DNA from: Candidatus Omnitrophota bacterium | Lineage (GTDB): Bacteria; Omnitrophota; Gorgyraeia; Zapsychrales; JAKLDJ01 | Assembly (NCBI GenBank): GCA_022703585.1 | Contig: JAKLDJ010000005.1 | Span: 5,353 to 69,352, forward strand | Length of the DNA: 64,000 nt | Direction: 5' to 3' | Shown: positions 9,272-17,620 of the stretch, piece by piece | How positions within the stretch are numbered: the stretch's first letter is position 1 | How the letters are laid out: every line of letters starts with the position of its first letter | Notes under the pieces: generated by a model | The model's input: the letters and a program-made list of their open reading frames with translations, nothing else | Database searches by the model: none | Told to the model about the DNA's origin: nothing | Program-made: the position numbers and the translations under genes

Positions 9272-9311
9272 GCCCCCTTCTGCCCCCTTCTGCCCCCTTC
9301 TAACCCCTAAA
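9272..9311. repeat. Tandem decamer CCCCCTTCTG x4 inside the right inverted-repeat arm of the Avd cassette
   Basis: Direct reading: cccccttctgcccccttctgcccccttctgcccccttct. Confidence 0.9.
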
Positions 9312-9346
9312 CTTTTATCTCTCAAACCCATAGTCAAGGAGCCAGT

Positions 9347-9709
9347 ATGAAAAAACCAAAAGTCCTAATTTGCGATGATGAAGAGGGAATTCGCGAGTCT
9401 TTGAAGTTAATCCTAAGCGACCACTACGATCTCATATTAACCGAAAGCGGTGAGCAGTGCTTAGAGTGTATCGCGAACGCAAAAGATATCGGGCTCGTCC
9501 TTATCGATATCAAGATGCCCAAAGTAAGCGGCCTGGAGATTCTGCAGAAGATCAAGGAGAAACGCCCGGATCTAAAAGTTATCGTCGTCACCGGCTATAA
9601 AAGCGTCGAGACGGCAACCGAGGCGGTGAAGCTTGGTGCGGCGGGATATATTGTTAAGCCCTTCAAATCGAATGAAATACTCGCTGCGGTTCAAAATAAT
9701 ATAAAGTAA
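9347..9709 (+). CDS. Single-domain response regulator (CheY-like receiver)
   Basis: 120 aa. It has VLICDDEEGIRESL, the conserved Asp context LIDIKMPKVSG, and KVIVVTGY...GAAGYIVKPF. Confidence 0.85.
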   Translation: MKKPKVLICDDEEGIRESLKLILSDHYDLILTESGEQCLECIANAKDIGLVLIDIKMPKVSGLEILQKIKEKRPDLKVIVVTGYKSVETATEAVKLGAAGYIVKPFKSNEILAAVQNNIK

Positions 9710-9789
9710 TCGATTGGCTAACACTGAGGCCTGCTTTAAAAGGCCGAACGTGTGAAACCTTTTAAGTCACAAGAAATATTAAAGACGGT

Positions 9790-9990
9790 TAAATCACTTA
9801 TATAGAAACATAAGGTTATTGTGTTTATTGGGTTCCTTGAGTTTATAGGGTTCCCGTCTAAAACATTTTACTGCGCGTAATAACTCAATGAACCCAACCC
9901 AATGAGTTCAAATAACCCAAAGAACTCAATAAACCCAATAGCCCAATAAACTCAATGGACTCAACAAACCCAACAACCATCCAAAGACCA
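9790..9990. repeat. Cluster of short dispersed repeats of the AACCCAATAAAC/TCAAT family, both orientations
   Basis: GTTTATTGGGTT ... GTTTATAGGGTT ... AACCCAACCCAATGAGTTCAAATAACCCAAAGAACTCAATAAACCCAATAGCCCAATAAACTCAATGGACTCAACAAACCCAACAACC. The same family occurs at 600-660 and 42340-42460. Confidence 0.8.
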
Positions 9991-11675
9991 TGATTCACTT
10001 AAATCCGTTTGCGATCGCAAACCTTATTATCGCTATTACATATTTTCCGCTTTTCATACTTATTGCCATCAAAGGGAAAACAAGAATAGCAAGAGTCTAT
10101 TCCCTTCACATTCTCGCGATATGCCTCTGGGGTATCGGCGCTTTCCTGGGTGGCATAAACCAGAACCAAGCAATTTCGATTAATCTATGGAAATTTGCAT
10201 ATTCCGCAGTAATCTTTATACCCATTTTCTTTCTTCACTCTGTATTGATTTTAACAAAAAGAAATTCGAGATTCTTGATTACGCTAATATATATTCAAGC
10301 CATTTACTTTCTTTGGGAAGCCCAGAGCGGTGGCATGTTTTCTTCTGTAAGACTTGTTTTTAATTCATTCTATTACGTTAATGGAAAAATCATCTATCTT
10401 TACTCATTTATCTCTTGGGTAGTTACAGTTTCATTCGCTCACCTGCTACTTATTCAATATTATAAAACTAGCTATCCGGGACAAAAAGAACAAATTGCCT
10501 CTTTAATACTCGCAATCATAGGTTTCTTAGGCGGTGCCATGAACTTCTTGCCAGGCTTCAATATAAATATCTACCCACACGGGAATCTTCTTGTGCCCAT
10601 CCATTCGATTATCGTTACCTACGCAATTCTAAAACACCAATTATTAGATATCATCGTCGTAATCAAGAAAAGTCTAATTTATTCAATTCTAATCACCTCG
10701 ATTACGGTCACTTACTTAATTTTAGTTATTTTATCAGAGAGACTACTCCAGGGAACCATCGGCTATCAATCACTCCTCGTAAGTGTTGGCATCGCTTTCT
10801 TAATCGGACTTGTATTTAGTCCCCTGCGAAATAAAATTCAATATTTCGTTGATAAATACTTCTTTAAAGGCACCCAAGCCCAAATCGCAGAGGAAAATGA
10901 ACGCCTGCGACAAGAAGTTGCCCAGGCTGAGAAGCTTAAAACCGTCGCCACCTTGGCCAGCGGCATGGCTCACGAAATAAAAAATCCGCTGACGGCGATA
11001 AAAACTTTCGTCGAATACCTGCCCGAGCGAAAAGACAACCCCGAATTTCTCGATAAATTCACACGGATCGTCGGAGCAGAAGTTGACAGGATTGACGGCC
11101 TGGTTCACCAATTGCTGGAATTTGCCAAGCCCTCTCCTCTTGCCTTAAAAGAAACTAATATCCATCAATTAATAGACGAAACCTTAAGCCTTCTTAATAA
11201 TCAACTTGTTCAGCATAAAATTGATTTAATCCGAGACTATAATGCCGACCGCGACCAGACATTAAATATTGACCCCAATCAAATACGTCAGGCGCTTTTG
11301 AATATTTTTCTAAATGCGATCGAGGCGATGAAATACGGCGGGACGCTTCGCGTGCAGACTGAAGACTACAGACTAAAGACTAAAGACCAAAGCTCGCAGA
11401 AGTCTTTGGTCTCTGGTCTTCAGTCTGGGGTCCATAAAGGCTTCTTAAAGATAACAATTTCCGACACCGGCTCCGGCATACACCCTAAGGACCTGCCTCA
11501 CGTTTTCGATCCCTTCTTCTCAAAAAAAGATCACGGCACCGGCTTAGGGTTAGCCATTACGCACGGGATTATTCAGGAGCATGGGGGGAAAATTAAAGTT
11601 GAGAGTGAGTTGGGGAAAGGAACAGAAGCTATTCTAGAGTTGCCGATAATTGGCAGTGAAGAAAATAAGGGATAG
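9990..11675 (+). CDS. Sensor histidine kinase with N-terminal 7TM sensor domain (HisKA_7TM-like), HisKA and HATPase_c
   Basis: 561 aa. Multiple TM helices carry the motif YAILKHQLLDI shared with the two other kinases. H-box MAHEIKNPLTAI; N/G boxes NIFLNAIEAM, ISDTGSGI, GTGLGL. Confidence 0.85.
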   Translation: MIHLNPFAIANLIIAITYFPLFILIAIKGKTRIARVYSLHILAICLWGIGAFLGGINQNQAISINLWKFAYSAVIFIPIFFLHSVLILTKRNSRFLITLIYIQAIYFLWEAQSGGMFSSVRLVFNSFYYVNGKIIYLYSFISWVVTVSFAHLLLIQYYKTSYPGQKEQIASLILAIIGFLGGAMNFLPGFNINIYPHGNLLVPIHSIIVTYAILKHQLLDIIVVIKKSLIYSILITSITVTYLILVILSERLLQGTIGYQSLLVSVGIAFLIGLVFSPLRNKIQYFVDKYFFKGTQAQIAEENERLRQEVAQAEKLKTVATLASGMAHEIKNPLTAIKTFVEYLPERKDNPEFLDKFTRIVGAEVDRIDGLVHQLLEFAKPSPLALKETNIHQLIDETLSLLNNQLVQHKIDLIRDYNADRDQTLNIDPNQIRQALLNIFLNAIEAMKYGGTLRVQTEDYRLKTKDQSSQKSLVSGLQSGVHKGFLKITISDTGSGIHPKDLPHVFDPFFSKKDHGTGLGLAITHGIIQEHGGKIKVESELGKGTEAILELPIIGSEENKG

Positions 11676-11760
11676 CAGGGGCTAGTAGGGGGCAGTACGG
11701 GATAGTAGGGGTTTAAGAAATCCCTTCCTAACCCCTCCTATCCCTTTCTACCCCTTCCCA
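11676..11760. repeat. Cargo-less inverted-repeat pair related to the 8762-9260 Avd-cassette ends
   Basis: GCTAGTAGGGGGCAGTACGGGATAGTAGGGGTT ... AACCCCTCCTATCCC. The arms are adjacent with no gene between them. The sequence resembles GGGTAGTACGGG..GGGTTAGTAGGGG at 8772-8816. Confidence 0.6.
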
Positions 11761-11782
11761 CCCCTTTGATAACAATACTCAC

Positions 11783-12961
11783 TTAAATCCTCCCCGCCTC
11801 ACGCAACTCCACAATCGCCCTTACAGCAAGCGGATTAAACTGTAGCCCCGAATTTCTTTTAATCTCTTCCATCGCCACTTCCTTCGGTAACGCCGCCCGG
11901 TAAGGCCGATCGGTGGTCATGGCATCAAAGGTATCCGCGACCGCGATAATGGCGGCGGCAATCGGAATATCCTCAGCTTTTAGCCCATACGGATAACCCT
12001 TACCGTCGTAGCGCTCGTGATGATATCTGACACCGTCTAGGGCATCCTTAAACTCAGCGATATGCTTTAATATCTCAAGGCCCCGTTGGGGGTGTTGCTT
12101 CATAATAGTGTATTCCTCATCGGTTAATTTCCCCGCCTTCCTCAAGATGATCTCGGGGATACCGATTTTTCCGATATCATGCAAAAGGGCGGCATTCTGC
12201 AGGTTCTCAAAAAACTTATGCGGAAAACGGGCGGTCTGATTGGCATTCATCTGATGGGCGATTGCTAAAGAAAATTGTGTCACCCGCTCAGTATGGCCCC
12301 GGGTATATTCGTCTTTGGCTTCAATAGCCGAGGTAAGCGCTAAGGTTGTCGAAATAAACAGCTGACGGTTACGCTCGGCCTCTTTCTTTAAGTCCTCAAT
12401 AAGCTGCGCGTTTTTAATCGCCATTGCCGTATCCGAGGCCAGTGCCGAGAAAAAGTCCAACTCCTCCTGATCAAAACCCGTTCCGTCACTTTTTTCTCCC
12501 AGCAGCAAAAGCGCCAAAAGCGTATCCCTAAAATACGCCGGCACGCAGGCAACAGCATTAAACATATGCATCTGCTCGTTAACCTTGTGCAAAAGATCCC
12601 GAACATCCTCGCCGTTACTAATAATGCTCTCCTGCCAAATCATGGTCTGGATATCCGTCGACATCAGCGCTGAATGGTTGGGCGGTAAATTCTTATATTT
12701 CACATGGGAAAATAACTTGATCAACGGACTGTCTTTGCCAAAACGCGCAAAACCCGCAGGGATCTTAACCCCCATCTCTCCGTGCGAAATCGAGACAACA
12801 TAGCCGTCCTTATGAGGGTCATAGAGAATCATCGCCGCGTGCTTAATCTGGACTTTACGCACAATCATGCGGACGATAAGCTTGATCAGCGTCTTGGGGT
12901 CATGAATAAGGATCATGCCCTTGCTGGCGCCTTCGAGTTCTTTTTTGTAGTTCAGTTGCAT
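11783..12961 (-). CDS. GAF domain-containing HD-GYP phosphodiesterase (cyclic-di-GMP)
   Basis: 392 aa. The C-terminal HD-GYP signatures are LLHDIGKIGIP and HHERYDGKGYPYGL. The N-terminal half is GAF-like. Confidence 0.8.
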   Translation of the reverse strand: MQLNYKKELEGASKGMILIHDPKTLIKLIVRMIVRKVQIKHAAMILYDPHKDGYVVSISHGEMGVKIPAGFARFGKDSPLIKLFSHVKYKNLPPNHSALMSTDIQTMIWQESIISNGEDVRDLLHKVNEQMHMFNAVACVPAYFRDTLLALLLLGEKSDGTGFDQEELDFFSALASDTAMAIKNAQLIEDLKKEAERNRQLFISTTLALTSAIEAKDEYTRGHTERVTQFSLAIAHQMNANQTARFPHKFFENLQNAALLHDIGKIGIPEIILRKAGKLTDEEYTIMKQHPQRGLEILKHIAEFKDALDGVRYHHERYDGKGYPYGLKAEDIPIAAAIIAVADTFDAMTTDRPYRAALPKEVAMEEIKRNSGLQFNPLAVRAIVELREAGRI

Positions 12962-13022
12962 GGAATTTTACCGTTAATCAACACAGATTAACACAAATTG
13001 AAACAGATTTTCACAGATAAAA

Positions 13023-13415
13023 TCACTCGCATCGATCATAGATGCGCCGTCTGATATCTATAGATTCATTGCCGAAGTTAACCAAATAGCCTAGCTTGTA
13101 CTCTGTGCCGCTTAAGTAATAGAAAAGCTGTTTTTCAAATACTTTCGGAAGATTCAGCAAGGATTTAATTTCAACAATAATTTTGTCATCGATGACAAAA
13201 TCCGGCTCATAAACACCTACATGTTTCCCGTGAAATCGGATTTTAATTCTCGGCTTATCAACATATTTTATCCCACGTTCTTCAAAGCATATTTTGAGAG
13301 ATTCGTGATAAATTTGCTCCTTATGTGCCGGACCGAGCTCGTTATAAACATCATAAAAACACCCAACCAGCTTATACGACAATTCCTTATGCGGAAAATG
13401 CTCTACTTTTGCCAT
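13023..13415 (-). CDS. GxxExxY family protein (PD-(D/E)XK-like, TIGR04256-like)
   Basis: 130 aa. It has the GxxExxY signature YNELGPAHKEQIYHESL followed by EPDFVIDDKIIVEIK (a PD-ExK-like DxxxxEIK). It is flanked by long inverted repeats at 12973-13018 and 13420-13464. Confidence 0.65.
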   Translation of the reverse strand: MAKVEHFPHKELSYKLVGCFYDVYNELGPAHKEQIYHESLKICFEERGIKYVDKPRIKIRFHGKHVGVYEPDFVIDDKIIVEIKSLLNLPKVFEKQLFYYLSGTEYKLGYLVNFGNESIDIRRRIYDRCE

Positions 13416-13492
13416 AGTAATTATCTGCGAAAATCTGTTTAGATCTGTGAATATCTGTGTTAGTTAACGCTTCAATTTAAAACTTAACACAC

Positions 13493-13852
13493 TCAGCGTT
13501 TTAGTTCAGCAAGGACAACCTTCTCCAATTCCTCCAAAACCAGCGGCTTGTGGACATATCCAAGAACACCCAAATCATTGGCTTCCTTGATCGATTCTCC
13601 GTTTTCGACGCCCGTGACCATGATTACCTTAACGGAATTACTTTTGGCGCGCAAATCCCTCAAAACCTCGAGGCCGGTCATCTCTTCCATACGCACATCT
13701 AAAAGCACTAGGTCGGGTTTTTCCTTTTCGATGATCCCAATCGCCTCTTTGCCGCCGGAGGCGGTCAGGACATCAATATTGCGCTTCCTAAAGAAATTCT
13801 TGGCAAATTCACGGATATCAACCTCATCATCGACAATAAGCAATTTAGACAT
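13493..13852 (-). CDS. Single-domain response regulator (CheY-like receiver)
   Basis: 119 aa; it has LLIVDDEVDIREF, LLDVRMEEMTG and KVIMVTGV...GYVHKPL. Confidence 0.85.
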   Translation of the reverse strand: MSKLLIVDDEVDIREFAKNFFRKRNIDVLTASGGKEAIGIIEKEKPDLVLLDVRMEEMTGLEVLRDLRAKSNSVKVIMVTGVENGESIKEANDLGVLGYVHKPLVLEELEKVVLAELKR

Positions 13853-13882
13853 GTTTATTCCTTAGGGTATAGGGGTTAGGGT

Positions 13883-14266
13883 TTAGCGTTTAGAGTCCAT
13901 CTTGTTCTGTAATCGCAAAATCATGGCACTCAGCATTTTCAGTATTTCTGTAAGTAAATTATCAATCCGTTGATAATCTGCAGCAACAATAAATTCCAGA
14001 CGCTTTGCTATAATCAATTGCGTCTCAAGCTCAGAGGCAGAACCTTTTGCGATATATAAAAATTGAATATATTCTTTTCGATGATTGCGCTGATAGCCTT
14101 CCGCAATATTTGAAGATATCGCAACAGCTGAACGACGCATTTGCGAAACAAGACCGTATAGTTCATCATGTGGCAATTGCCGCGTTAGCCTATACACATC
14201 TAAGACTAATTCGACCGATTTCTGCCATACAATTAAATCTTTATGCGACTGAATTTTCTCGCTCAT
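13883..14266 (-). CDS. Four-helix-bundle protein, Avd-like / 23S rRNA IVS protein family
   Basis: 127 aa. It carries LIVWQKSVELVLDVYRLTRQLPHDELYGLVSQMRRSAVAISSNIAEGYQRNHRKEYIQFLYIAKGSASELETQLIIA. It is flanked by inverted repeats at 13861-13882 and 14286-14314. Confidence 0.85.
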   Translation of the reverse strand: MSEKIQSHKDLIVWQKSVELVLDVYRLTRQLPHDELYGLVSQMRRSAVAISSNIAEGYQRNHRKEYIQFLYIAKGSASELETQLIIAKRLEFIVAADYQRIDNLLTEILKMLSAMILRLQNKMDSKR

Positions 14267-14317
14267 TACCCTTAATTCCCTGATCTCTTCTGTCCCCTAA
14301 ACCCTATACCCTATCCC

Positions 14318-16492
14318 CTAACTGACTATCGGCAATATAATCGTAATCAACGTCCCGGTCATATACTCCGATGACATCGCTACTTTTCCTTTGTGGTTCT
14401 CTTCGATGAGTTTCTGGATCACGTAAAGCCCTAAACCCGTTCCTTTTTTGCTGGAAAGTTTGGTGGTAAAAAAGGGCGTGAATATTTTGTCCTGATCATT
14501 GTCTTTTACTCCGATGCCATTGTCGAGGACACTAATCTGCAATATCCCCTCTTTCTTCTCGGCCGCAATTCTTAAGGTGGGCTTATAATTGGGTTCATTC
14601 TTTTCATTCTTGCGCTGCATAAGGGCATCATGGGCATTATCAATAAGGTTAAAGAAGACTTCCTGCAGCTGGGTAAAATTGCCATGGATTTTGGGAAGCA
14701 TCTGGGCGGAATAATCTTTGACAATAGTAATCTGTTCCAGCTTAACCTTATATTGGGCCATTTCGATGGAAGCGTTGACAAGTTGATCAAAATCAACCGG
14801 GCCAAAACCGGCCTCACCTTTGCGAGTGTACTTTAAAAGCCCCTGGACAACTTCTCCGCCCTGCTTAACATTATCCTGGATTCTTACCAAAGCGCGCTGC
14901 ACCTCGTCGATAAGCTCTTTGGCTTCAGGAGAAACAACTGTCCCTCCTTTTAGCTTAATAGAGTCCAACGCATCGCCGGCAATAAACCCGAGCGCATGCA
15001 GGCGATTGTTGATCTGATGCGAAAGTCCGTCGGCCATGGTACCAATGGTAGCCATTTTTTCGGCTTGAAAAAGCTGCTCCTGGGTGCGCTTGACGTCCTC
15101 GTAAAACTGGGCATTCTCGATTGCCAACGCCGCCTGATTAGCCAGAATGGAGAAAACGGACAGATCGTCTTCGCTATATAATTTACCCGATAGTTTGCGG
15201 CCGAGCACAACAATAGCCAGAAGTTTTTGCTCGATAAAGCTTGGAACCACAACCGCGGCGTCAAGTTCGCGCAAAGCAGATTCCACCAGAATCAGTTCCT
15301 GGTCCCGATAGTCCTGGGTGCGTTGCTTGATTTCTTCATAGACAATAGGCTCTTTCACCTTAAAGAGATACCTGGTCAAAGGCGAGGTGTACTCAACGGC
15401 GCCTTTACTCTTTGGCTTGCCTCTGTTTCGGGACGCCTCAATAAAATATTTCTTTTCAGAATCATCATAAAGATAAATCGAACTGTGCTCCAGGTGAACG
15501 GTGCGGGTCACGATATAGACAATCAAATTCATCAATTTCTTTAAATCTTTAACCCTGCCCATACCCAAAGAAGCCTGGCGCAAGGTTGCCTGGTAACGCT
15601 TTTGCTCCTGGAGAAGCCGGTTTTCTGCTTTTTTCTGAATGTACAAATAAATAAACGGCCCGGCGGTGGCGAGAACGGTGGAGCTGACGAGGGGAACAAT
15701 CCACCACTTTTCTCCAATTAAAGCTGCTAACCATTGTTGGCAACCGAAAGCTAGAGCAAAGGGAATGCCGAGGACAACACCGTAAACTGCGACAAAAATG
15801 CCCGTACGAGTAATGGCAACTGAAATATCTAGAAGTCGATATTTAATAATCGCATATGTGAAAACAAAAACAACACAAATCATATTAATATATCCAAAGG
15901 GATATATTTCAAAACCATATTTACCAAAATAATCCACACTGGCTCCCGAGCCAATTAAATAAGCGATAAAAACATATTTAAGCTGATTCCGTTTCAGCAA
16001 AGTTAAGGTTTTATTGTTTTTTAAAGTAAAGAAAACAAGAAGGCTGGCATAAGAATATACTCCGAAGAAATAAATTAAGAAGGGATGGTAAAGAATTGCT
16101 GCCTGGGGATAATACCCCCAAAAGTACTTATGTACATGAGAAAAAAACAAGTCAGTCCTGCTTAAAATTAAGAATATTCCTGCCAAAACATAAAAAAAGG
16201 TCAAAGTTTTTGGTTTCTTTAAGTTTAAAAGACTTATTGCAATCTGGAAGTTAGCGATTGGGATAAAAATAATTCCGAAATAACTAGTCCTGGCCCAGAA
16301 AATGGCTTCATCAGGATTACGAGCCGAATAACATGCGGAATATGAGTAATGCCATATAGCAATGCATAGACATAAGCCCGCGAGCGAGAAATTTGAGAAT
16401 GATCTTTTAATTCTAAATGAAACAAAGAAACCTAAGAATAGCGATAGAGTCGCAGCAACAGAAGGCAATAAATAATATATTGAATTAACCAT
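14318..16492 (-). CDS. Sensor histidine kinase: 7TM sensor domain + GAF + HisKA + HATPase_c
   Basis: 724 aa. The 7TM N-terminus has YAIIKYRLLDI. The central part is GAF-like. H-box LSHQINNRL; N/G boxes NLIDNAHDA, DNGIGV, GTGLGL. Confidence 0.85.
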   Translation of the reverse strand: MVNSIYYLLPSVAATLSLFLGFFVSFRIKRSFSNFSLAGLCLCIAIWHYSYSACYSARNPDEAIFWARTSYFGIIFIPIANFQIAISLLNLKKPKTLTFFYVLAGIFLILSRTDLFFSHVHKYFWGYYPQAAILYHPFLIYFFGVYSYASLLVFFTLKNNKTLTLLKRNQLKYVFIAYLIGSGASVDYFGKYGFEIYPFGYINMICVVFVFTYAIIKYRLLDISVAITRTGIFVAVYGVVLGIPFALAFGCQQWLAALIGEKWWIVPLVSSTVLATAGPFIYLYIQKKAENRLLQEQKRYQATLRQASLGMGRVKDLKKLMNLIVYIVTRTVHLEHSSIYLYDDSEKKYFIEASRNRGKPKSKGAVEYTSPLTRYLFKVKEPIVYEEIKQRTQDYRDQELILVESALRELDAAVVVPSFIEQKLLAIVVLGRKLSGKLYSEDDLSVFSILANQAALAIENAQFYEDVKRTQEQLFQAEKMATIGTMADGLSHQINNRLHALGFIAGDALDSIKLKGGTVVSPEAKELIDEVQRALVRIQDNVKQGGEVVQGLLKYTRKGEAGFGPVDFDQLVNASIEMAQYKVKLEQITIVKDYSAQMLPKIHGNFTQLQEVFFNLIDNAHDALMQRKNEKNEPNYKPTLRIAAEKKEGILQISVLDNGIGVKDNDQDKIFTPFFTTKLSSKKGTGLGLYVIQKLIEENHKGKVAMSSEYMTGTLITIILPIVS

Positions 16493-16497
16493 AATAT

Positions 16498-17601
16498 TTA
16501 AATTTTACTATTTTTTAGATAAATAGATTTGATATTTTGCAAATCTTCTTCTGAGTAAGCATAATTACCGAAGTAAAACGGAGATGTTTTGAATCCGTGC
16601 TTCAGAGCAATGCTTTCAATTTCATGAATTTTATCCTCCGTAATACTGCCTCGACCAATCGAGTAATTCTCTATCTTTTCTTCTAAGGCTAATAACATTG
16701 CTTCTGCAAGGCAACCAAAAACGATACCATCAGGAAATAAAGAGTGCCACTTCTCACCAATTATCGATTCGAAATTTGGTAATTTTGCTTTACCTCCATC
16801 AAAAATTAAGACGTCGTTCCTAAAATTATTAATCTTCTTCGGAATTGCAGGAGGAATGGAAACGTCACAAAAGATGCTTCCAGGCTTTAGGATTGCAACA
16901 TCAAACAATGGTATGGCCGAACTTGTAACACTTAAAATTACATCTCCGTCCGAAATCGCTTTGCTTGGATTTCGTTCAATTCTTACATCTTTCTTACTTG
17001 ACAAAGAAACTACGAGTTTGTCAAGTTTGTCACGACTACGGGCCACAAGAACTATTCTCGTAAATATTCTAGAAAGAATTTTTGTACAGATTGAACCTAT
17101 GTCACCAGTTGCACCAAGCACAACAAGTTTTGCGTTATTAGTATTAAAACCAAGTATATTTATCGCTTTTAAAACTGAGTCAACGGCAAGAAAAGCTGTA
17201 TATGTGTTTCCTGAAGTTACTGCAACATCAACATTCTTTGATATAGCTTCCCCTTCATTGCCAATAACCGAAGTAAAAGCAGCTAATCCAATAATATCGG
17301 CCTTAAGCAGTTTCGCTTTCGCGCAACACTTGATAATTTTATTTAATATTGTCGCTTCATTAAAATAATAAAACTGCTCAGGTAATAACGGGCACATGAT
17401 GGCATGTCCTTCAGTTACACTACCAGCATAAGAAGTTACGTTCCTGGCAGATATTACCACATGGGGAGGAAGGCGGGGAATTAACCTCTTTATCCATATT
17501 AATGGAATAAATTTTAAAACTACGGAAAAAAAAGGATAATATATAAAGTTTTCACGCGAATCAAGACCAGTGAAATGAGTTATCATGGCAAAACGTTTCA
17601 T
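16498..17601 (-). CDS. Long-chain acyl-ACP reductase (AAR)-like NAD(P)-dependent reductase
   Basis: 367 aa. It shows collinear similarity to cyanobacterial AAR: AMITHFTGLD vs GLIGHLTSLE; FTSVIGNEGEAI vs FTSIIFENFDL; TSGNTYTAF vs TTGNTHTAY; the Rossmann segment VLGATGDIGSICTKIL vs VVGATGDIGSAVCRWL; CLAEAMLLALEE vs CFAEAMLLEFEG. Confidence 0.65.
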   Translation of the reverse strand: MKRFAMITHFTGLDSRENFIYYPFFSVVLKFIPLIWIKRLIPRLPPHVVISARNVTSYAGSVTEGHAIMCPLLPEQFYYFNEATILNKIIKCCAKAKLLKADIIGLAAFTSVIGNEGEAISKNVDVAVTSGNTYTAFLAVDSVLKAINILGFNTNNAKLVVLGATGDIGSICTKILSRIFTRIVLVARSRDKLDKLVVSLSSKKDVRIERNPSKAISDGDVILSVTSSAIPLFDVAILKPGSIFCDVSIPPAIPKKINNFRNDVLIFDGGKAKLPNFESIIGEKWHSLFPDGIVFGCLAEAMLLALEEKIENYSIGRGSITEDKIHEIESIALKHGFKTSPFYFGNYAYSEEDLQNIKSIYLKNSKI

Positions 17602-17620
17602 GCAAGATTTCCTTATCGTC

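Noticed and set aside
9272-9311. Possible CRISPR array (tandem CCCCCTTCTG x4) and the various palindromic repeat clusters
   Set aside because: The units are 10 bp with no unique spacers. The palindromic GCTTTCAGC-family elements are single hairpins, not repeat-spacer arrays. No cas genes are present in the window.
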